Shown: positions 1-9,757 of the stretch, piece after piece | How positions within the stretch are numbered: the stretch's first letter is position 1 | Layout of the letters: each line of letters begins with the position of its first letter | Source of the DNA: Catajapyx aquilonaris | Lineage: Eukaryota | DNA length: 32,035 bases | Direction: 5' to 3' | NCBI GenBank assembly: GCA_000934665.2 | Contig: JYFJ02004454.1 | Span: 1 to 32,035, forward strand | Translations under genes and position numbers: made by a program | Notes under the pieces: generated by a model | Told to the model about the DNA's origin: nothing | What the model saw: only the letters and a program-made list of their open reading frames with translations | The model's database searches: none

Positions 1-319
1 TCAATTCGCTCTCCTGAAAAATTACACCTAATTACACCTTTGTCAGTTATCATGTTTTTCCACCACACCTGACCACACCCCTCACTCGTACAGTCACATT
101 TTCATGTTGCCAGGTATCACCCATTACACACTGAACTCGTAAAAGGTCACGGTCCACTGCCTCCATCATTATCCTTGCCACTGCTTTCCAGTATTGAAAC
201 AAGATTGGCAAATCGCATGAGAGTGATTCGAGTAGACTTTTTCANCCCTCCTACCCCCAGACCACCCCTTTCCCCTTTAAAACATATATCATAGCAAACC
301 CGTCTTTTCGACCTTTTTT

Positions 320-470
320 CATTAATCGAAAAAAGTCTTATAGCACAGCTCTGTCTGTCCGTCCGTCTGTGGACAGGTATCAAGTATCATGGGGTAGGGG
401 GCAGCCAGGGGGAAGGGGCAGATAGAGTGAACCCGGAACCCCCCAAAAAGTCTGAAAAGGGCATATACTG
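320..470. mobile_element. Possible non-autonomous Helitron/Helentron-type (HINE/DINE-like) remnant
   Basis: The microsatellite-like core TCTGTCTGTCCGTCCGTCTGT (~350-370) is typical of such elements and is followed by a G-rich stretch. Boundaries cannot be defined from the sequence. Confidence 0.25.
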
Positions 471-802
471 TAGCTGAACTAATACCACTGCGCATTATTT
501 TATGCATACGATTTGTCAGGCAGGTGTTGCTACTTGTATTTCATTGTTGATTGTCATTTGAGTGGGAGTAGGCCTCAACCTTTTCCAGATTGACAGTTCT
601 TATGACCTTCACAGGTCAGATTCAAATCATGGTCCCAGATTCATAAAATTCCTGAGTGAGATTCAGCCTTAAGAATATTTTTCATAGTTAGCAAATGTCC
701 TACACAATGAAAACTTGTGCTACGTCATGAAATCTTTCACACTCTAAAAAGAGTTACACAACTCTAATAAAAACCCTTCATCTCAGAATAATTGTAATAA
801 CG

Positions 803-808
803 TTTATT
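803..808 (-). promoter_or_regulatory. Candidate polyadenylation signal for BBS9
   Basis: AATAAA on the minus strand about 110 nt downstream of the BBS9 TGA stop at 918. Confidence 0.5.
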
Positions 809-917
809 AGATCATAGAAGCTTGCTTATGTGGACGGACTAGATTTGATCTTTGGTGACGTTCGCCAGTGGGTAATTGGCATGTCATTTGGTTTCCTACA
901 TGTGCTCCTTACACAGA

Positions 918-3900
918 TCACCAGGTCTCTCCTTCCTCTGCTCCACTTGAAAACACCTCTGGAGGAGATTCGACCACAGTTGATAAAGAAGGTGTAGCAC
1001 TCTTCCCCCTTTTGACTGCTGACCTCACTGCCCTTTGATCCCCAGCCTCAGGCCTATTCTCCACATCCGTTTCTCTTCTGACTCTTGATCTGGCTGATCC
1101 GAACCTCAATCCAGCAGGAACATCCTCTTCCTGGCCAATCCCCTCTGGGTGATCAGGCAGAACTGAGTCAGGTATAGCTGGAGTTAAAGGCCGTTGTGAA
1201 ATCTGGCCATCTCGGGGATCACCAACATTGGCTCCTTTGGAGAGCTTATCTAAGACTAATCCCAAGTGTTTCTTCAAACGAGACGTGTCCTTCGGGACCT
1301 CCAGAGTAGCTGTAGAAGTGCTCACAACCTCCCTACCTGTTTTGGGCATGGCCACACGAAGCAGGTAGGCAGTGGCTACATCTGTAACCTCTTCCCATCC
1401 CTAAGGAAGTTGGAAGAACTGAGTCAGTATAACCCATTAAACACACCAGATGAACTTTACAGAAGGGAGGAAAATCCCAACAATTAGTAGGCCTACTGCA
1501 TAAAAATAATAAAAAGTTACAGTGCACAACATCAAGTACATTATCTGAGGTGAATCCCAAAGCTGCAAAGGTGTAAGATTTCTTTCCTGTACTAGACTTA
1601 CTTTCATTGAATCTCAATCAGTGAGGGTGCTTCTGCTTTAATGTGAAACTTCATCAAGCCAGTCAAGTATGCAATAAGGTGATTAAACACAAAAGCTAAC
1701 CAGTATTTAAAATAATGATAATAATGATATGTGCAAGTTTTACAATTTCAATAGGCTTCAATGAAAAAGATCTCATGAATTTTCAAACCTGTTCATCACT
1801 CTCTAGGAGGTACGGAGAGATAGCACTTTCAAGTGTGTCAAACTCTTCCTCTGGTATGCCTGTCATGAGGTGTACTAGAAGCAAAATCACACGAGTAGCC
1901 CCACTCAAATGGCATCTAGACTGGCGCAACATCTGAAATAACAATATTTTGCACTTACAACCTGATACACACTGTGCAAAGCCAAGAAGCACATTTGTAC
2001 ACGTGACCAATGAGTGTGACTGTTGTTTTTGATTGTAACTCAAAACGATCTGTGCATTTACACTTATGGTTTTCCCAATGAATCTTCAGCCTACAATGTA
2101 CCATAATTCTCTGCAAATTAGAGACATTGAACCCATGAACTTCCCATGTTAGTCACTATGTGCACCCCCTTACAACTGCTATGATATTAGTAATGATAAT
2201 GACTAGTAATTCTACACAATGAGAGTCTCAGAATCTTGTGCACACAAATCCTACCGTCTCATTCTCTTCCACCTGTTGGGTGAGTTGCAGAACCTGGAAG
2301 TAGCTTCCCTCCAACAGACTGTCCAGATTGGTGAGGGGCATTGGGTTCTTATCTTTAAACTTAGTCAGAAGACGCCTTTGAACTGCCCTGAACTGTGCTG
2401 TAGATTGTGCCAGCTGCCGCTTCAGAATTCTTTCTTTTTCCCGCCGCATAAAGTGGGCCTCCACCTCACAAAAATACTCTTGTAAGGGAAGTGGGGAAGA
2501 GTAACAACACACAAAGTCCTTCTTTCTGCTGGAGCCACCCTTAGTTGAAGAAGCATCAGGACCAAATCTGGCCTGGAGTCGTCGGACTAGTTCAGCAGTC
2601 ACCAAGTTGAGGGCTGGGAGGAAGTCAGACTGAAGGCGGTATCTCTGGGATGTTTTGGAGGACAACAGTGTCACTGAGGGACCATTCTGGTACTCCAAGC
2701 CAAGGGCATTGCTCATTGCTTCATCCAGGTCGAACTCTAAAAATCACAATTAAGAAGTGGGCTATGCAAAGGCATAATATAGACTCCCTTCAGGGAAATA
2801 ACACATTTAAAAAGAAGAGTTACATTTCCATTCCTTCAACACCTTCACTCTTGCCTCAGAATGCCGTTCGAAATATACTCATTGTACTGTACATTAAAAA
2901 CCACTGCAACTCACCTGGAAAAAGCTCTACCAGGCTAAGTGCAGGCCTGTTAGTGCTGAGGGTGACCTTGAAGTCTGCTTCCTTGAGTGGTGGGCAAGGC
3001 TGGACCACCATTTGCAATGGGAGCTGGCTCTCGTGTTGCACCACAAAAGGAACCCCTGAGCTGGTTACACATGTCACTACAATTTTAATCTCCAGAGAAG
3101 GAGGGATACATGCATCTTGGAGGTAGAACATCACTGGCAGTTGGCAGGTGCCATCTGATACAAAATTAAGAAAAGTTGTATATTATACAATATACTGTGC
3201 CACATGACGTGATTAACCCTTAACTACGTAGGTGGGTGAAACACCTTTAACTACGTAGGTGGAGCCTGAGAGGCTCCAACGGTATATTTAAATTTCCGCT
3301 TATCAACTAAATTGTTATATTGGACTTTTCACATACAGAAAGTGCAGTTCAGATCATTAGGCTTCCGATAACGTAAAAATCACACGCTGAGTCTGCATAT
3401 TCCGACAGGGAAAAATTCTTAATTAAAAGGTTACATCATGCTTGAGCCGCTCAGTCTTCACCTGCATAGGTAGAGCCAGTATAGAGTCCAGAAGGGACCT
3501 GTTCCTCGTTACGAATTTTTTTAAACCAAACAATAGGGACTAAAAAAATTTTTCTTTCCTTTTCATGCTTAGGAAGGTTTGTCTGACAAAGTCACGGAAG
3601 GACAGGGGAAAATAAAATTCGATGAAAAAGTTACATGCGTTTAAATAGTGCTTGGAGCCTCTCAGGCTCCACCTACGTAGTTAAGGGTTTAAAAAGTAAG
3701 TTGTGTGTTTCACTTACTGAGAGTTGGTAGTGAGAACATGGTCTGGTTGACAACAATGGGCTCTTCCACTCTCAGTAGGACCTGGACTTTGCCCAAAGCC
3801 ACTCGGGCAAGGATCTTAATCAGCCCATCAACTCTCTGTGGCTGACTCATACTAAGACTGACACCCACCACAAGGGGGCCCTCTGTGCTGCCACCACTTG

Positions 3901-5958
3901 CACTCTTGCCCTTTCCAATGGGAAAATCATCAGCCTTGCTTGCTTCACGAATTGCAGCCTGTCAATATAAAATTCATTATTTGTGGCATTGGGCAATATT
4001 CTGAATAACAGACATAAAAGTGAACAATCCACATGCAATGGACCTGTTGCAATGCTTGAGTAATCATTATTCTGAACCAATCATAGGCTACTGCATGGTT
4101 CTGACAATAATTACACTTAAAAAGGAATGACAAATTAGCCAGAATAACACATGCAAAACAATGCTTCATTTCAGGTTTTTTTATGATAGAAATTCCCATA
4201 TCAATAACAAGAACTTATTTTTACAAGGAGTGGTAGGGGGAGAAGCATACAGTAAAACCTCGATATAATGCTCCCACTTATAATGCTTTCCCACTTTTAA
4301 CACCCCTTTTTTCTGGGCCCTTGATCATTTCCATATGGTAAATTTTACCGCATATAACGCTACTTTTGGGCTGTCCCTTGAAGAGCGTTACATTGACGTT
4401 TTACTGTATTTATTATTGTAAAGGGACTTATGAAACAGGTAACGGGTTTAACTAAGTCCGAACATACCTGCAGTGCTGCCAACTCTTTGTCAGTTTCCTC
4501 ATAATTCCACTCCCTTGCTTCAGGTGGAGGTGCTGAAAACAATTCTGGCTCAGTCCCAAGGTATGCACATATCAGTTGCCCTTCCTCAGACAGCATCACC
4601 AACACTCCTTCTGACTCTTGAAATGATCCTCGTAACACCGTAACTGGTGAAAATGGAAGTTGAGCTGCCCAACGAAGAGTCACATCTTCGTAAACCATGA
4701 GTGTATCGGTATGGCTTGCAATTAACGTCATAATCTTTGCAACTTTTGGTGACAAATAAGACTGGCCACACATGGGATCATAATCAATTCTTTTCATGAA
4801 CCGTAATACTCCAGTATCTTTGAAGCAATACAAGTTGCTCTGAGCCACCACGACCAATGAAGCACTACCGGTCTTAGATGGCACTACTGCCAGCTCCAAA
4901 GCAGGTTCACCCAAGTTAAAGCTCCAGTCCGATGTTGCCTTTTTGCCAGTCCCTCGAGTTGTCTCTGGTTTCGAATCACTGTCTGCATCAGAGGCAACAG
5001 CTAGAACTTGGTAGCGATATGACTCGAGTCTCCAGGCAGAGGAGACTGTCACTATAGAGTCACTCCTTTCAACATATGCAACAGGACCAGGGAGAAGAAA
5101 TCCTGGCAAAAATCTACTAAACGAGAATGTCTCCTGCTCATAAAAGAACAAGGTACCATCTAATGTCTGGACACACATGAAGTCTCGTGAAGATTCCCCA
5201 ACTCCACCAAAGGGGCCAACCATCAAGCTGTGGGTGGATCGAGCCAAGGTGTGCTCATAGCAGAGGTCTGCACGGTACTGGCAGGATAATGCCGAGGTCG
5301 TTGTGGAAGAACTGCTGGATATAAGGTACACAGAGAGACGGCGTGGATGGAGAACTGCCAAGTGGAGCTTTGTGCTTCCTCTGAAATGGAAAACATGTTA
5401 CAACTATAGGGCAGATTTATGGGTCAAATAGCCTATTTCATCCTATTGCAGCTTTTACGTTTCTTTGTAAACTGTTTTGATATTTCCCACCCTTCTAGTC
5501 TTGATATGCCAGTAGCTATTCAAAAATGAAAATGAAATTGTTGGGTGATGCTAGAGGCCTTACAAGCTCCCAGTACGTGCTAAATGCTGTGTGATGACTT
5601 ACAATGACACATAGCAAACTTACGAGACAAGTCGGCCAGCTGCAACATCAATGATGGGTGCCGTGAGCTGTGCTTCGACAAGAAGATCTCCAACTTGGAA
5701 TCCAACTGGTGCCTCCTCCATCCCCTCCTCCGAACTCCCTTCCCCCTCCTCTCCCTCACCCCTATCCAGCTTCCTTGTGGCCCAGGACAAAGTTGGACGG
5801 TAGACTCTGAGCACCCCTGACAAGCTTCCAACCACTATCTTGTCTGTTCCAGAAGAATCATTGTCTATATTGGCCAGGCACATGCCTGAGTGGACAAAAC
5901 GCTCCTCTGGACTCCCGCATTGGGTGCACCACCAATCACGTGCCTTAAACAGGGACAT
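918..5958 (-). CDS. BBS9: Protein PTHB1 / Bardet-Biedl syndrome 9 homolog (BBSome core subunit), 945 aa, 7 coding exons
   Basis: Exons 5'->3' on minus: 5958-5624, 5380-4468, 3958-3718, 3154-2915, 2736-2255, 1932-1789, 1400-918. All introns are GT-AG with consistent phase; total 2838 nt including the stop. Recognisable BBS9 motifs: MSLFKARDWW, DKIVVGS, LHLAVLHPRRL, SKTSQRYRLQS, QFRAVQRRLLTKFKDK, GWEE, PKDTSRLKKH. Exon 3958-3718 is not represented in the correct frame in the ORF track. The ATG follows a splice acceptor directly (CCTACAG|ATG), so an upstream non-coding exon is implied. Confidence 0.95.
3217..3687. mobile_element. piggyBac-like non-autonomous element (MITE), 471 bp, in a BBS9 intron
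   Basis: Perfect 19-bp terminal inverted repeat CCCTTAACTACGTAGGTGG (3217-3235 / 3669-3687). TTAA lies directly on the left (3213-3216) and TTTAA on the right. A perfect 33-bp inverted repeat pairs 3247-3279 with 3652-3684. No ORF. Confidence 0.85.
4250..4406. mobile_element. Tc1/mariner-pogo (Tigger-like) MITE, 157 bp, in a BBS9 intron
   Basis: TIR CAGTAAAACCTCGATATAATGCTC versus the reverse complement of the right end CAGTAAAACGTCAATGTAACGCTC (20/24 match). TA flanks both sides (4248-4249, 4407-4408). Confidence 0.8.
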
Positions 5959-6590
5959 CTGTAGGAAGAGAAGTTGGTGTGTCAACTGAACGTACATAAT
6001 TGTAAATTTGGATACAAAACATAGGCAGTTATGTTCTTTCCCAAATGTCAGTTATTAGTGTCCTCAGACTGCATACGTAAATATACATTGTGGATACTTG
6101 CCTTGATCTGACTGGTTTTGAAGGCTACTATCACTTGGATAAGTGTATTGGACGAAGAACTGGTAAGAAATAATGGGCAGCAACCTCGTTGCTTGAATGT
6201 GTCAAGTTAAACGTTCTGCATGCCCACAGCTGAGTTCCATCAACACAGAAGTCACGTCATGTTGAGCAGAGGGACACGCAGGCACGGAATCATTCTACCT
6301 ACATTTCTGCCTTCCCTCCCTCCAACCTTCCAACACCACAATACGCTGCAGGGATCATTACGCCCGCCATGAAATAATAATTTGCAAGAGTGAAATGCAA
6401 ATCCATGTTGGACATTCACGCCCAACCGGTACCAACAGGTTCCGTCGTTCCGACGAGCTCAGAAACAGGTGTTATTAATTACACACGTTTTAAGAAAACA
6501 AATGTATCCCTCACCATAAATTAATAAAATTCAAAATATCACACAAAAAATTCCTCATACATTTACATTTTTAGATTTTTTTCAGGCAGG

Positions 6591-6711
6591 CCAATCTTTC
6601 TGCACCAATCATGAGCGGGCATGTGTTAGCGACGTCACAGACACAACATGGCCGACTTGTGCCAGCTGGACCAATCAAAAACACGTATTGTGTTCCTGAA
6701 TGGGAGCCAAT
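6591..6711 (+). promoter_or_regulatory. Cluster of promoter-like motifs (4 CCAAT boxes, CRE-like, YY1-like) between BBS9 and ERp44
   Basis: CCAAT at 6591, 6605, 6671 and 6707; GACGTCA at 6631; CAACATGGCCG at 6644. It could equally be the internal promoter of a DNA-transposon remnant. Confidence 0.3.
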
Positions 6712-6872
6712 ATGGAGTTTGAATGCAATCAATCACATAAAGCCACTTTTGGTTAAAACTTTGAGCGCATTTAAATGTACCGCTTGAATAATTAGGATGA
6801 AATGATTGGAAAATAATGGCAGAGATTTAGCTGGCTGTCTCTGTCCATTTATCCTAGTGTTGGCACCCCTGG

Positions 6873-6910
6873 GCTGCCTGCCTGCCTGCCTGCCTTCCTT
6901 CGTTCCTTCC
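6873..6910. repeat. (CCTG)n/(CCTT)n microsatellite
   Basis: CTGCCTGCCTGCCTGCCTGCCTTCCTTCGTTCCTTCC read directly. Confidence 0.8.
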
Positions 6911-9757
6911 TGCCGCGGCCGGTGCTGGTTGGTTGGCAAATGGATTCCTGCGAGAGACGTCGTCGTCTCCGCTCCTGCTGATTACCGCCCGGGATCTGCC
7001 AAACACACCAGGCGCAGGCTGCCTTGGAGGTAGACTTCACCGGGTACACGTACACCAGGACAGGGCTGGCTGCCACCCTACCCCCTTCCCTGGAGACATA
7101 CCACACTTTACCAGGATAAGTAAGGCCTGATAAGGCACACCTCGTCGTCTTAGAACCCACTCCAACTGGGCCGGCCTGGAGGGCGAAGGGGGAGGAAGAG
7201 GATGGAGGCGATGACCAGGGTCCACATGATTGGGACCACACTAGCTGCATGCATATTTGTGAGTCGGGTGTACATCTGTTGCAGGGGAGGTTGGATCATG
7301 GGCATTGGCTCAGGGACAGGGATTGCAAGCTGTTTCCCCTCCGCTCACTAACATTGCCTCTACTCTTAACGACAGGCAGAATCTGGAGGCCTCCAATCTT
7401 GTCACCGACAAAGTATTGCAACATTAAGCATTTCTGCCGATACCTCTCTGCCAGCACTGTTAGGCCAGCATGGCAGGTGCCTGGTTCAGACTCTAGATCC
7501 CAGGCACTTGGGGGAGGGAGTGCACCATGTAGAACTAGACAATTGCACACCGCTGTTACAGGTGGCGTCTCTGGAAAATAAAATTGGTATTTAAGAAGGC
7601 AATGAAAATGCCAAAGAACCCACTCTATTGCTATCGTGTTAATCATTAGTGTCAAATACTAGATGGCAATTGCACTGCAGGAAAGAGGAAACCAGGAGGC
7701 ATGATGGAGTTGAGCAACTTGCCGAGAAAGCTCTAGGTTGCCAATCTCGCAGACACTGGCATAATAAACTCATTCCATGAGGAAGTCCATTAGTTAATTA
7801 CGTTAATAAGCTCACATCCATATCAGTAAACGTCTTGTAGACCCTGCCTTCCATTCTACGCTGTGACCTAAACTCCAGGTTTTGAGTGAACTCACACTGT
7901 TGAAGTATATTAACTCTGTCAAAATGGAAGGTGTGGGGACAGGAATGAGTGGAATTAGGTGATATTTTTACTGATACTGATGTATGTCAATTTATGAAAC
8001 AGAAAGTATATTCATGGTGTGATAAAGCATCCACATTGTAAGAAAACGCACTCTTAACCACCTTTGGGTCATCTAAATGCACCTTGCAAGTCAAGATGCA
8101 CTCAAGACTACATCATACTTAGAGGGAGCAATTCAAACATGGTCATGGTCATATCATGAATAGCTTGTGCCCTTGGAGATATATCTTGCTCTGAACTGCA
8201 CTCTGGGGAAAGAGAGAGAGAGAAAAGTGGAAACATTCAACTATTTCTGCAACTTACCTGGAAATGATTACATATCTTGAGTAGTGCTTGTTGTGTGTCA
8301 AAAGGAAATAATCTTTCTTTTGCATATTTACTTACAGATATAAAACTCCTGTAAATAGGAGGTGTAGTCTGTAGTGTTTATTATCAATTCCTCATAAACT
8401 ACTTAATCATTAATATTAGAGTGAAACTTTTATCTACGATTCCCATGCATTGTTTTCGATCATCCATCATTCAAACTCGAGGGTCCCAGAATAAGTTTTG
8501 TTTAAACATTGGAAATTATACCCACACCTGTTTTTCCTTGGTTTATCGCTTTCCCTCATATATTGTTCAGAATTACTAGTCTGAACAACATGAATCCTGT
8601 ATTGATTGTTTTTAAGAAGGAACAAAATCCCACACATGTACCGAAAGATTAGAATGCATCAGTAGCAATAACAGAGGTTATTGTTTTTGGAATGTGGCAT
8701 AGCACATATTAGCAATTTGGACGGAGTACAGATTTCTGTGTAACGTTGCACTCGTCTTAAGGTATCGTTCATTATCTCGTGAAAACTTGTGTTTTTGATT
8801 GAATTCGAGGCATGCTAGCATGGATAACAAGTCAAGGAATAATTGGATGCAAGCATTGGCTTCTCTTTCTTGCTACAACCTATTCTTGTGGGGTTGTGAA
8901 CACATCTTCACCTGCCAGCCAAGCTGGAACACCAAACCTGAATGAGTGCCATGTTTTAATGAAGCTATTCATACATTCGAGTATATCAGAGTATTTTTGT
9001 ATGCTCACAACATCGCTGAAAAAGGTTGATCAAACACAGTGAATATTGATTGCTTATTGTTCAGTTTGAAAAAGAACAGTGCTACTAACCAAATTGCTTT
9101 TATTAAAGACAAAGTAATGCAAATTGGACTTGACTGTGGAAAAATACCACTGGTGCATGTTGTTTGATGATGAAAATATATGCAGGCAGATGTGACTTTT
9201 TCAATTTATTCATTTCATGTAGGTTGCCGTATGTATAATTTCTTGTATCCGACTTTTTAAACCCCCAGGGGTCCTGACAATAATGACGACTCGAAGTTTC
9301 ATTGTATTGTAAATTGTATTACATAGATAAGGTGTCAAGCTACTGTAGCTGAAGATTTCAGGTACAAGTGACAATAGCTTGCAAAATTTTAACTGCAATG
9401 TTAGCATAACTTCAAACTTTCCTGTCATTTATAAACTAGCAATGAGGAGGCATGCAATTAGTTTCAACAAGGGTTATTCACTCCGATTAGTGTATAGTGT
9501 CCGATTAGTGTCCAACAGTGTATAGATATGCCTTTGGCAGCACATGTTTTTTTCACTAAGGCATAGAGGGTAATTTTACTACCTGCATGCTCCACTTATT
9601 GCATAACTGGTAATGCTTGGCCAAGCATAACGTCATATCCCCACCTTTATCACTGCCTGTCAATTCAGCAGCATGTCAGAAGTGAGTCCCAGTGAGCAGC
9701 CATGCAATTCACTCAAGGTCTTCCTCCCCATAATCAACATGTTTGCACATTTTGCAG

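Noticed and set aside
245..245. Ambiguous base n
   Set aside because: A single assembly ambiguity in intergenic DNA.
2650..3126. 158-aa plus-strand ORF
   Set aside because: It is antisense to BBS9 exons and the intron between them, has a non-conserved appearance and shows no domain.
6179..6193. Palindrome AGCAACCTCGTTGCT as an RFX X-box for BBS9
   Set aside because: The half-sites are in the reverse arrangement relative to the GTTNCCATGGNAAC consensus; no canonical X-box was found.
7296..7298. In-frame TGA joining two minus-strand ORFs as a possible selenocysteine or readthrough codon
   Set aside because: No redox motif, no recognisable homology and no SECIS seen. The candidate upstream exon has a stop just before its donor in that frame.
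9482..9511. Direct repeat TCCGATTAGTGT x2
   Set aside because: A simple short local duplication of only two units; not a CRISPR array or other structured repeat.
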